Shown: positions 23,201-30,224 of the stretch, one piece after another
Position numbering within the stretch: position 1 is the first letter of the stretch
Layout: the number at the start of each line of letters is the position of its first letter
Assembly: GCA_963822965.1 (NCBI GenBank)
Contig: CAWGJT010000014.1
Span: 384,001 to 448,000, forward strand
Direction: 5' to 3'
DNA length: 64,000 nucleotides
Origin: an uncultured delta proteobacterium
GTDB lineage: Bacteria; Myxococcota_A; UBA9160; UBA4427
The notes under the pieces: generated by a model
The model's database searches: none
Told to the model about the DNA's origin: nothing
What the model saw: the letters and a program-made list of their open reading frames with translations, nothing else
Translations under genes and position numbers: made by a program

Positions 23201-26200
23201 AGTGACGCGGTGCCGGCGACGGCGCAGTACTGCGAGGCGCAGCCCTCGGAGCTCGCCCCGGCGCTGTCGGTGCCTCCCCGCGCGCCGGAGACCGTCTACT
23301 ACCTGAACCTCTCGCTGGACGGCTCCCAGATTCCGGGCTCGAGCGAGATCTTCAACAACCACATCCCCGTCGACCCGGTCCTCGACGACGCCGTCGCGAT
23401 CACCAAGACGACGCCGATGGTGAACGTCAGCGTGGGGCAGCTCGTCCCCTACGAGATCGCGCTCGACAACGAGCTCGGCGTGGGGTTCGCCGACCTCAGC
23501 ATCGTCGACCGCTATCCGGCCGGCTTCCGCTACGTGGACGGGTCTGCGCAGATCGACGGCGTGCACGTCGAGCCGACGGTGAGCGGCCGGCAGCTCACGT
23601 GGACCGACGTGGGGATCGCCGCCTCGAGTCGCATCAGCCTGAAGCTGCTCCTCGCAGTGGGCGCCGGCGTCACCGAGGGCGAGTACGTGAACCGCGCGCA
23701 GGCGATCAGCTCGCTCACGGGGGCGGCGCTCTCGGGTGAAGCGTCGGCGACGGTGCGCGTGGTCCCCGATCCCACCTTCGACTGCACCGACGTGCTCGGC
23801 AAGGTCTTCGACGACGCCAACGGCGACGGCTCGCAGGATCGCGGCGAAAAGGGTCTGCAAGGCGTCAAGCTGGTGACCGCGCGCGGCCTGGTCGCGACGA
23901 CGGACGAGTACGGGCGCTTCCACATCACGTGCGCGGTGGTTCCGCGCCAGGGACGCGGCTCCAACTTCATCCTGAAGCTCGACGACCGGAGCCTGCCCAC
24001 CGGCTACCGGATGACGACCCGGCAGGTGCAGGTGAAGCGGGCGACCCGCGGTAAGGCGCTTCGCTTCACCTACGGCGCGTCGATCCACCGCGTGGTCTCC
24101 CTGGACATGGCGGACGCCGTCTTCGAGCCCGGCTCGACGGAGATGCGCGCGCAGTGGCGACCCCGCATCGCGATGTTGATCGAGGAGCTGGCGAAGGCGC
24201 CTTCGATCCTGCGTCTCTCGTACGTCGGCGACGTGGAGGCGGAGCGGCTCGTCGACCGGCGCCTGGCTGCGGTCAAGAAGCAGATCGAGGCTGCGTGGGA
24301 GGCGGCGGGCTCGGAGCGCTACGAGCTCACCATCGAGACCGAGGTGTTCTGGCGCCGCGGCGCGCCCCTGGACCAGCCCGTCCGGGAGCCGGAGGACGAG
24401 TCGCCCGGGTTGCCCCCGGTGTCCGCGGGCCCCCCCGTCGTCGAAGCCCCTCTGGGCGAAGCCGTCGAACGGCATCTGCCGGCCGATTCCGCGTACACGC
24501 AGTGGTCGCAGGACCCGGCGTTGCTCGCGGCGCAGGGCGGCGACCGCCTGGAGGAGCGGGAGGTCCGTTCCGAAGAGGCGGAGATCGTGAAGCTCACGAA
24601 CGTCGTGCCCCCGATCCACTTCGACTCGGGCGCGGCGGACGTCTCGCCGGCCACCATCCAGAAGCTGCGGGCCGTTCTCGACGGCATGCGAGACCTCGCG
24701 AACGTGCGTCTGCACCTGGTCGGCCACGCCGACGATCGCCCCCTCACGGGGGCTCTCGCCGAGCGGTACGGCGACAACGCCGGGCTCTCTCGCGAGCGGG
24801 CGGGAGAGGTCGCCGAGTTCCTCCAGACCGCGCTGGGTCTTCCGCCCGAGGCGATCTCCTTCGAGTGGGCCGGCGACAGCCAGCCGATCGCATCGAACGC
24901 CACGGAGGCGGGTAGGGCGCTCAACCGGCGCGTCGAGGTCGAAGTCTGGTACGACGAGTTCAAGGAGAAGCTGGAGGTCGAGGACGTCGTCGTCCCCGCG
25001 GAGATCAAGCGGGTCAAGGTCTGTCGCATCGAGACCGTGTGCAAGCTGCGCTACCGCGAGGGCCATGCGCACCGCGCGCGGGTCAAGAACCTGGTGACGC
25101 CCCTGCACTTCGGCGAGGACACGGTCGGGGTTCCGGCGGAGTTCGTCGGCCAGATCGATCAGGCCTTCCACAATCTCCGGGACAAGCAGAACGTCACCGT
25201 GAAGTTCGTCGCGTTCACGGACGACGTGCCGCTCACCGGTCGCGAAGAGCGCATCTACGGGACGCACCTCGCCCTCTCCAAGGCCCGGGCGCGTCGCGTG
25301 GCACTGGCGATCCGCGAAGCGCTCGATCTCCCGACGGCGGCGATCGCGAGCGACGGGCGGGGCGCGGAGCGGCCCATCGCCTCGAACGACACGGCCCGGG
25401 GCCGGGCGCTGAATCGGCGGGTGGAGGTGGAGTTCTGGTACGACGATCCGCTGCAGGAGCTGCCCGGCGAGCCGCAGCTCTGTCCCGACGCCGCGGGCGC
25501 CGAGCGGGTGACCCGGGTCTACGACCCGCCGTGGGGACGAATCGCGGCGCTCCCCGTCGACGACGGCGAGATCGTGGTTCCGCCGGACTACCCGGAGGCG
25601 CTGCGCCGCGCCATGGCGGACGTCGCCGACAAGACCAACGTGCGGTTGCGCTTCGTGGGCTATACGGGCAACGAACGCCTCGACCGGCGCACGGCGCTCG
25701 TCTACGGCGACGACATCGGGCTCTCCGCCGCTCGCGCGCGCCGGGCGATGAAGACGCTCCAGGCGGATCTCGGACTCTCTGACTCGCAGGTCGAGCACGA
25801 GGGTCGGGGCTACATCCAGTCGAGCGACGTGGTGAATGCCGGCTTCATCCAGGGAGAGGGCTCCTATGTGGCCGTGGAAGTGGTCTACGACGAGCTCGCG
25901 CTGCTCGACGACTACGAGGGCGTCGACGTTACGCCGATCACCCGGGAGCTGCGCGCCAAGGACCCGCTCGACCTCAACCTGATGCGCATCAGCGTCGACG
26001 GCGTGCCGGTCGACGACCCGGGACGGAGCTCGGCGGACATCCAACGCTGTACGGACGTGGCGCTGGACCGGGCCGACGTGCAGTTCCGCTTCGACGACCT
26101 CGCGTCCGTCGCACGCCTCTCCGTCACCGCCGACCCGGCTTCGATTCCGATGCACGAGTCCGAAGACGGGGACGTGGTGGGGGCGCCCGTCCGATTCCAG

Positions 26201-29200
26201 ACGTACACCAACTACGGGCACTTCATCGAGCGATCCGAGGTTCGCATCTTCGATCAGGAGCAGTCGTTGCAGGCCGAGCCGCTGGCCGTGGTCGACGTCG
26301 ACCCGGACGGCCTCGCGCAGTGGCGCCCGGTCGCGAAGCGCTTCCCGGCGCCGGTGCGGGCGTTGAAGTTCGTGCTGCGCGCATACGGCGCGGAGGATCG
26401 CTTCGACGAGACCGCGCCGCAGCAGCTCTGGATGATCTACGGCGACGCGGCGAGCGCGGGCGCGGTGGCTCCCGCCGTCGCGGAGCCTTCCGAAGCAAAT
26501 GCTCCGGCTGCTGCGCCGAAGCCGGAGAAGCCGGTCGCCGGAGATCCGCTGCTCGCCGGATATGGCGAGAGCGAGCCCATCGCGCGGAACATCCCCCTCG
26601 ACAGCGTGGGCACGGTCCGGGTCCAGGGACGCGGGATTCCGCCGAACCACGAGGTCTGGCTCGCCGGGGAGTCCGTCCCGGTGGACGAGCACGGCAACTT
26701 CGTGGGCGAGGTGGTGCTGCCTTCGGGGATGCACACGGTCGAGGTGGCCGTGCTGGACGAGGAGGGCAACGGCGAGCTCTTCCTGCGCGACCTCGAGCTC
26801 CAGAAGAACGACTGGTTCTACGTGGGCATCGCCGACCTGACGCTCTCCGCGAGCAAGACGAGCGGGCCCATGAAGAAGCTGCAGGGCCAGAAGGCTCCCT
26901 ACGACCAGGACTCCTGGGCCGACGGACGGCTGGCCTTCTTCCTGACCGGGAAGTTCGGCGAGGACTGGAAGCTGACGGCGAGCGCCGATACCCGCGAGGA
27001 AGAGGTGACGAAGCTCTTCACCAACTTCCTCGACAAGTCTCCCGACGCACTGTTCCGCCGGATCGACCCCGACTACCACTACCCGACCTTCGGGGACGAC
27101 AGCACGGTGGAGGAGACCGCGCCGACGAGCGGCAAGCTCTACGTGAAGCTGAGCAAGGACGAGAACCAGGCGCTCTGGGGCAACTTCAAGGTCGGCTATC
27201 TGGACAACGAGCTGGCCCAGGTCGATCGCGGACTCTACGGCGCCAACGTCCACTACCAGACGCTCGCGACCACCGGTCAGGGCGAGCAGCGCCTGGCGAT
27301 CGACGGCTTCGCTGCACAGCCGGGCACCGTGTCGAGCTTCGAGGAGTTCCGCGGCACCGGCGGCTCGCTCTACTTCCTGCGCCGGCAGGACATCATGACG
27401 GGGTCCGAGCGCGTCCGCATCGAGGTGCGGGACAAGGACTCCGGGCTCGTGAAGGGCGTGGTCAACCTGCAGCCGACGGTGGACTACGACATCGACTATC
27501 TCCAGGGGCGCGTCCTCCTCGCCGAGCCCCTCTCCGCGACGGTGGACGACAACCTGCTGGTCCGCAATCAGGGCCTGAGCGGCGACGAGGCCTGGCTGGT
27601 CGTCCAGTACGAGTACAGCCCGAGCTTCAACGAGCTGGACGCCATGACCTATGGCGGACAGGGGCACTACTGGCTCAACGACTTCGTCAAGGTGGGTGCG
27701 ACCGCGAGTCGCAACGACGAGGGGGCGAACAGTACGCTCTACGGGGGAGACCTGACCTTCCGGAAGAGCGCCCAGTCCTGGCTCAAGCTGCAGGCCGGAA
27801 GGAGCGAGGGACTCGTCTCCGCCGCGTACGCCTCCAACGACGGCGGCTTCGGCTTCCTCGGCACCGACGGCGTGGGCTTCGAGGAGGCCAAGGCCAACGC
27901 CTACCGGGTGGACGGCAGCGTCGGCTTCGGGGACTTCCTCCCCGGCGGCCGGGGCGTCCTCAGCTTCTACGCGCAGCGGACGGAAGCCGGCTACTCGGCG
28001 CCGAACCTGGTCACGCTCTTCGACACCGACCAGTACGGCGGCGCCCTCGAGATGCCCGTGCTGGACGAGCTTCACCTGACCGCCAAGGCGGCGCGGGAGG
28101 ACCAGAAGGACGGACTCCAGACGACCGCCGCGGAGGCCGACGTCGCCTGGGACCTGAGCGATCGCTGGAACCTGAGCAGCGGCGTCCGGTACGAGCGCCG
28201 AGAGGATTCCTCCCCCTTCGTCGTGGAGACCCAGCAGGAGGGGGATCGGGCGGACGGTGTGGTGCAGCTCGCCTACGACTCGCGGGACCGCTGGCGCGCC
28301 TACGGCTTCGGGCAGGCGACCCTGGTCAAGACGGGCGATCGGGACGCGAACAACCGCGGCGGCGTGGGCGGCGCCTTCCGCGTGACCGACCAGCTCAGCT
28401 TCGACGGCGAGGTCTCACACGGCAACCTGGGGCCGGCCGTCAAGATCGGGACGAGCTTCCAGGAGTCCGAGCGCACGCGCCGCTATCTCAGCTACACGAT
28501 GGAGGACGAGCGCGCCGAGACTGGTCTGAGCGGTCGCCGGGGCACTCTGATCTCCGGCGTCCGGTCGCGCTTCTCCGACAGCGGAAGCGTCTACGTCGAG
28601 GACCGCTACCAGCACTCGGACTTCACGAACGGCCTGACCAAGAGCATGGGCATCAGCCTGGCGCCGGCGGATCGCTGGACGATGGCGGGCAACTGGGAGC
28701 TCGGCACCCTGATCGACCGGCGAACCCAGGCCGAGACCAAGCGCCGGGCCGGCGGTGGCACCGTGGCCTACGCCGACGAGAGGTTCAAGCTCTCGACCGG
28801 GGTGGAGTACCGCTACGACAGGACGCAGCAGCCGGACGGGGAGTGGTCGCACCGCACGACGTGGTTGTTCCGGAACAGCGCGAAGATCCAGGTGACGCCG
28901 TCCGGGCGGGTGATCGGCAAGTTCAACCATTCCTTCAGCGACAGCTCCCTGGGGCAGTTCTACGACGGCGGCTTCACGGAGGCCGTGTTCGGTGTGGCGT
29001 ACCGGCCGGTGCAGCACGACCGCCTCGACGTGCTGGCCAAGTACACCTACTTCTACAACGTCCCGACCACCGACCAGGTGGTTCTCGAGAACACGCCGGT
29101 CGAGTTCATCCAGAAGAGCCACGTCGCCTCGCTCGATCTCACCTACGAGCTGACCCGGAGCCTCACGGTCGGCGGCAAGTACGCCTATCGCCGCGGTGAG

Positions 29201-29491
29201 GTGAGCCTGGACCGGGACAATCCCAAGTTCTTCCACAACGATGCGCACCTCTTCGTCCTCCGGACCGACTGGCGCTTCCTGAAGGACTGGGAGGGATCGG
29301 TCGAGGGGCGGACGCTCTACCTGCCCGACCTCGACGAGCGGCGCAGCGGCGCGGTGCTGACGCTCTACCGCTACCTGGGGGAGAACTTCAAGGTCGGCGT
29401 CGGCTACAACTTCACCGACTTCTCGGACGATCTGACGGACCTGAGCTACGACAATCACGGCTTCTTCCTCAACTTCGTCGGCTCGCTGTAG
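14285..29491 (+). CDS. Giant (5068 aa) outer-membrane-anchored adhesin-like protein: DUF11-like repeats + SdrD-B-like domains + OmpA-like domains + C-terminal beta-barrel
   Basis: Signal peptide ending ASA-Q. Repeats of K...GD.L.YTITV.N.G...A..V.L.D.LP..YV.G. SdrD-B-like GTLWHDADFD..DPGE and GKVFDDANGDG..D.GE. OmpA motifs GHAD...NAGLSRERA...PIASN.T..GRALNRRVEV. Last ~900 aa are amphipathic beta-strands ending GFFLNFVGSL. Confidence 0.9.
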   Translation: MVRRERRRVRRAGSSTMGIVLAGLAALSLLAGRASAQVVPATCPAQLGTANLIRHDFSVSFCELCDVGTVRIVVENPFGPSDDIDFSDLVVTENLMASGLTYVPGTTTFTGNNIAVPSVVEPTVSGPNGRVLTWTLDPGFIMRARPGGGNNRARLIIQFQVRRDASVGEEGLVQANRTIEASVELTPSCAPGERFTDLSGPGTLPLREPIPRIIKRGRNVDAGQSAGRYSDPVYGHAGDDVIWRIEVRNSGLADLQDFEFSDSMVPGNFETDYVCDSEAEATAAANGAAPPGCLAVGGTTDVLGLDVRAVFGGAANPYIVAPAGGRGFYYLVGRVTNSCVNRTNTVFDVEWGCQSQPPTGGITATSNGTVPGDSALLSTQSVETGLAVDVALTGTNTAQPMGSKGTVTITIRNNTGGTIKDGGTGIRLRDLLPPEYVVDPTFAPTVAVAPAYNNAYPGMVDTLTWTNPAASTAPLTNTTPEFLLTSSTVHPDFPGQRNMIRHGDVVTVTFRTVLIDPQYYDRVANLDVRTEAPNSDPPGTDPTASFPISNRTEIWFEEFCTANEHHLVIDDNSVARPEDLDVDVVGPELVFILTNTGDPLPLTVALTNNGGHDADDYIAYVTFGEAMVVQSAPAGCTATTNPPAFPVWQTPVTLPGTASVYVCDRGVISPGETELLDFQVVKNTAASFDDDLTFRADVIGEITLSDGTPLAFPDPIARTDGITDRANNYTLDALWARVIGYNLFKDQQGTCSENNPPPGDPDAEVQIGEECTFHVESGGWFGFQTPGFTYIAVQNIQVVDQIPDGQGYVSSTDPLVTSTSAILGVSLNPPPQPLEEGPFDWTFNTVVPAERITEKDHWFRVDVTTRLLNDPLDTSAAPNVHAAPSSNVMTSTFEAIFYNQVTDQEELYNLGPNTVGFPREVHRRVDLTVTEPHLTVTKEVCNETIYGVGPACTNFVPLADDGDAFDTYVYRVTVANEAASGGVARAPAYDVTVTTVTDPSDQLFVDPLTGDALDNDGDAPLIDAGDANGEGVITDNTVLNAVPAQIVESYTNSDALLRIDAGESVVFYYRVDPDDMVAPLQQLTNSATASYDSLEGASGGQTTPQGANGEAGGARQYVSAPGTATIQIIPVQVPPKRIVQVSNSPLAVPPATQPVSIGEEVEFELRALIPVAQLRSFVIRDELPEGLTCAEAPVVDLGAAPYAAAAFVPGGVFTPTCTDTEVVWDFGNQTVTQSNRSDRRFDFGVRFVARVGNLAVNQEGVVITNGGSATVTTVSYVDEALNPVVIPIDAAAVVVREPVIALEKAFSTALTDAADLPRVTVTATNTGTATAYNLRVLDDLSAGRIHFFGDVSGTDPPTADVTTFGPDLPLFTWAPGFAIAPGESVSFSFAVQVDGAVEPLEVLDNTIQADWTSLPSSTTALNSSGQIGPDGTPTGMRNGALPNAAVAPNDYEAQATAAMSVPPLTVTKTDLDPALTPEIGVHKSFEVVIELPEGVSQDVVVNDDLASGTTSYVLTRNADFDVSYAFEGIASVNGQAPAEAAFLAVPVDGTSGTAVWSIGTVVTDAEDDFATQTVNPTIRIRYFARINNDLTTNVGSALQNTALLNYTNGETGAQEALLSATAPVVATESSLTATKVLTNVTVGKAPGDPPAFGDILQYVVTIVNGGNATAYDVNVVDTLPPELMLYAGFTPTAEISSVPVAGFVATPGGAPDGPLVWGRQNGDDSLDIPQGGFLALTYQVVVRTPLLDPTLIENSVFTDWTSLDADSVYERTGDGCPVVTPPDDYCFGPAVASGTAEPVPPPAALLKENTQATASVGEAFRYRITVPATPYAFALNDVRIHDDLTASAADLRFLSVSKIQGSGAWTPVNTGTATNLTIEDTTNGIDIPAGEQIVVEITVVLENTATNVSGLAFTNTASYIYNWVDGDPASQRPGMPGTTAPMTIVGPDVLTLVKSGPPTMTLGTPATFTLDVHNASTGPAWNLTITDQLADGATGGTCDLPPSQVTARVFQADGVTPVSAPLVAGSDFATTFDAGTCVFGISMLSAATVLDADQRLLVSYDASLDGDTQDGAVLTNVAGATEWFSTDGANPATVADRRTYTRVLTDGTVGVLDHEDAHTLTVALPTYRFEKTVINVTTGADPGTVATPGDTLRYRLVVENLSAVPLDNVRILDELGALNASPVFQPGTLTLVTVPPGADVTNTSSTGGADGTGVLDVRNLSLPGLNDTVLIEFEIVLAPVIAAGTQVTNQSQLLLSDIPFALSDDPNVNGPADPMVAGDEDPTRVLIQSAPLFQVQKVSSYVTGDPTVLLAGETLRYTITVKNVGTANAVDATLRDAIPVNTQYVAGSTTLNGAPVADGPGGVAPLSTGIPIHAPEDPTPGAMRADGSATPDNVATLVFDVVVDPDVVDGTVISNQAFVSAVQGGVSDQPSDDPRTVLADDPTRDVVGNAPLLFAPKSVVIGVDGGTTGIVDPGDQLHYTITVYNSGAVAATGVALSDVVPANTTYVPNTLTLNGLPVGQPDGGVSPLVAGIAISSADLTPPVPAPGAGVLSPGQAAVVGFDLLVNAGTPTGTIISNQAVVRSDQVPTLLTDGDGNPATGPEPTMVVVGDGQQLSITKQVAVVGGGAALPGSQLEYIVRVVNIAAVPANTVSITDDLDAPVAGQLAYVATSATMNGAATGVSVVGSVITADYGGTYGPLQPGEAVVLRFLAVLDPGIAIGTTVTNTGVVTWNTPPQTANASVSFAVGGTPGVGALNGTLWHDADFDLSLDPGESVLQGWTVELLRDGVSLQSVLSDSNGAYRIAGLAPNDTGGVQYALRFQAPGAGASTASLGRADSPFTNGPQEITDIVVASGSNLQNLNLPIQPNGVVYDSIQRTPLAGATLTLLSGGAGIALPSTCFDDPAQQGQVTLDSGDYKFDLNFSDPSCPSGGNYLISVTPPGTTYVAGTSQVIPPSSDAGTPPFSVPACPGTASDAVPATAQYCEAQPSELAPALSVPPRAPETVYYLNLSLDGSQIPGSSEIFNNHIPVDPVLDDAVAITKTTPMVNVSVGQLVPYEIALDNELGVGFADLSIVDRYPAGFRYVDGSAQIDGVHVEPTVSGRQLTWTDVGIAASSRISLKLLLAVGAGVTEGEYVNRAQAISSLTGAALSGEASATVRVVPDPTFDCTDVLGKVFDDANGDGSQDRGEKGLQGVKLVTARGLVATTDEYGRFHITCAVVPRQGRGSNFILKLDDRSLPTGYRMTTRQVQVKRATRGKALRFTYGASIHRVVSLDMADAVFEPGSTEMRAQWRPRIAMLIEELAKAPSILRLSYVGDVEAERLVDRRLAAVKKQIEAAWEAAGSERYELTIETEVFWRRGAPLDQPVREPEDESPGLPPVSAGPPVVEAPLGEAVERHLPADSAYTQWSQDPALLAAQGGDRLEEREVRSEEAEIVKLTNVVPPIHFDSGAADVSPATIQKLRAVLDGMRDLANVRLHLVGHADDRPLTGALAERYGDNAGLSRERAGEVAEFLQTALGLPPEAISFEWAGDSQPIASNATEAGRALNRRVEVEVWYDEFKEKLEVEDVVVPAEIKRVKVCRIETVCKLRYREGHAHRARVKNLVTPLHFGEDTVGVPAEFVGQIDQAFHNLRDKQNVTVKFVAFTDDVPLTGREERIYGTHLALSKARARRVALAIREALDLPTAAIASDGRGAERPIASNDTARGRALNRRVEVEFWYDDPLQELPGEPQLCPDAAGAERVTRVYDPPWGRIAALPVDDGEIVVPPDYPEALRRAMADVADKTNVRLRFVGYTGNERLDRRTALVYGDDIGLSAARARRAMKTLQADLGLSDSQVEHEGRGYIQSSDVVNAGFIQGEGSYVAVEVVYDELALLDDYEGVDVTPITRELRAKDPLDLNLMRISVDGVPVDDPGRSSADIQRCTDVALDRADVQFRFDDLASVARLSVTADPASIPMHESEDGDVVGAPVRFQTYTNYGHFIERSEVRIFDQEQSLQAEPLAVVDVDPDGLAQWRPVAKRFPAPVRALKFVLRAYGAEDRFDETAPQQLWMIYGDAASAGAVAPAVAEPSEANAPAAAPKPEKPVAGDPLLAGYGESEPIARNIPLDSVGTVRVQGRGIPPNHEVWLAGESVPVDEHGNFVGEVVLPSGMHTVEVAVLDEEGNGELFLRDLELQKNDWFYVGIADLTLSASKTSGPMKKLQGQKAPYDQDSWADGRLAFFLTGKFGEDWKLTASADTREEEVTKLFTNFLDKSPDALFRRIDPDYHYPTFGDDSTVEETAPTSGKLYVKLSKDENQALWGNFKVGYLDNELAQVDRGLYGANVHYQTLATTGQGEQRLAIDGFAAQPGTVSSFEEFRGTGGSLYFLRRQDIMTGSERVRIEVRDKDSGLVKGVVNLQPTVDYDIDYLQGRVLLAEPLSATVDDNLLVRNQGLSGDEAWLVVQYEYSPSFNELDAMTYGGQGHYWLNDFVKVGATASRNDEGANSTLYGGDLTFRKSAQSWLKLQAGRSEGLVSAAYASNDGGFGFLGTDGVGFEEAKANAYRVDGSVGFGDFLPGGRGVLSFYAQRTEAGYSAPNLVTLFDTDQYGGALEMPVLDELHLTAKAAREDQKDGLQTTAAEADVAWDLSDRWNLSSGVRYERREDSSPFVVETQQEGDRADGVVQLAYDSRDRWRAYGFGQATLVKTGDRDANNRGGVGGAFRVTDQLSFDGEVSHGNLGPAVKIGTSFQESERTRRYLSYTMEDERAETGLSGRRGTLISGVRSRFSDSGSVYVEDRYQHSDFTNGLTKSMGISLAPADRWTMAGNWELGTLIDRRTQAETKRRAGGGTVAYADERFKLSTGVEYRYDRTQQPDGEWSHRTTWLFRNSAKIQVTPSGRVIGKFNHSFSDSSLGQFYDGGFTEAVFGVAYRPVQHDRLDVLAKYTYFYNVPTTDQVVLENTPVEFIQKSHVASLDLTYELTRSLTVGGKYAYRRGEVSLDRDNPKFFHNDAHLFVLRTDWRFLKDWEGSVEGRTLYLPDLDERRSGAVLTLYRYLGENFKVGVGYNFTDFSDDLTDLSYDNHGFFLNFVGSL

Positions 29492-29522
29492 CCGCGGAGC
29501 GATCGGACCAGGGATTCCAGTC

Positions 29523-30176
29523 ATGGCAGTAGCGGCGAGGGGCAGAAGATTCGATCGGGCGCGCGTGATGAAGCGCGCCGCGGGAGCGGCCGGGAAGCGG
29601 CGGCGCAAGAAGGCGATCTCCCTCTACCGCCAGGTGCTCGAGGTGGATCCGGAGGACGCCGACGCCCACCGGAAGATCGCTCCGCTGCTGGCCCAGACGG
29701 GAAAGACGCGCGAGTCGCTCGTCAGCTACCGCAAGGCGGTGGACGCGATGCTCCGACAGGGCTTCGACGATCGGGCCATCGGGCTGATCCGCGCGGCGGC
29801 GGGCTATCTGCCGCGCGAGTTCGAGCTGTGGCGAAGCCTCGCGTCGCTGCAGGCGAACCGGGGCCGGACGCCGGACGCCGTCGCGTCCCTGCTGGAGGGC
29901 CGGCGCCACTTCCGTTCGAGGCAGGACCGCGGCGTCGCCATCCTGCTCCTCAGCCAGGCCCAGAAGCTCGATCCCTCGAGCTTCTGGGTGAGCTACGACC
30001 TGGCCTGCCAGCTCGGCAAGGCGGGCCGGAGGTCCCAGGCGCGTCAGCTGCTGGAGCAGCTCGCGGCGCGACCGGGAAAGCCCCACCTGCGGCGGGTGCG
30101 GGCGCGGCAGCTCTGGCTCGCACCCAGCCTGGGCGCGCTGTGGCGGCTGGCGCGCGCCTGCGTGCTTTCCCGCTGA
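29523..30176 (+). CDS. Basic TPR-like hypothetical protein
   Basis: KAISLYRQVLEVDPEDADAHRKIAPLL and AQKLDPSSFWVSYDLA helix pairs. Confidence 0.65.
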   Translation: MAVAARGRRFDRARVMKRAAGAAGKRRRKKAISLYRQVLEVDPEDADAHRKIAPLLAQTGKTRESLVSYRKAVDAMLRQGFDDRAIGLIRAAAGYLPREFELWRSLASLQANRGRTPDAVASLLEGRRHFRSRQDRGVAILLLSQAQKLDPSSFWVSYDLACQLGKAGRRSQARQLLEQLAARPGKPHLRRVRARQLWLAPSLGALWRLARACVLSR

Positions 30177-30224
30177 CCCCGCTGACCCCCTGAACCCGAG
30201 CAAGGCGCCCGCGGGACGGGACTC

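Noticed and set aside
14105..28075. Very long minus-strand ORFs (2177 aa and 2473 aa) and similar antisense or off-frame ORFs throughout
   Set aside because: They are shadows of high-GC coding on the opposite strand; the translations are R/G/V-rich and have no motifs.
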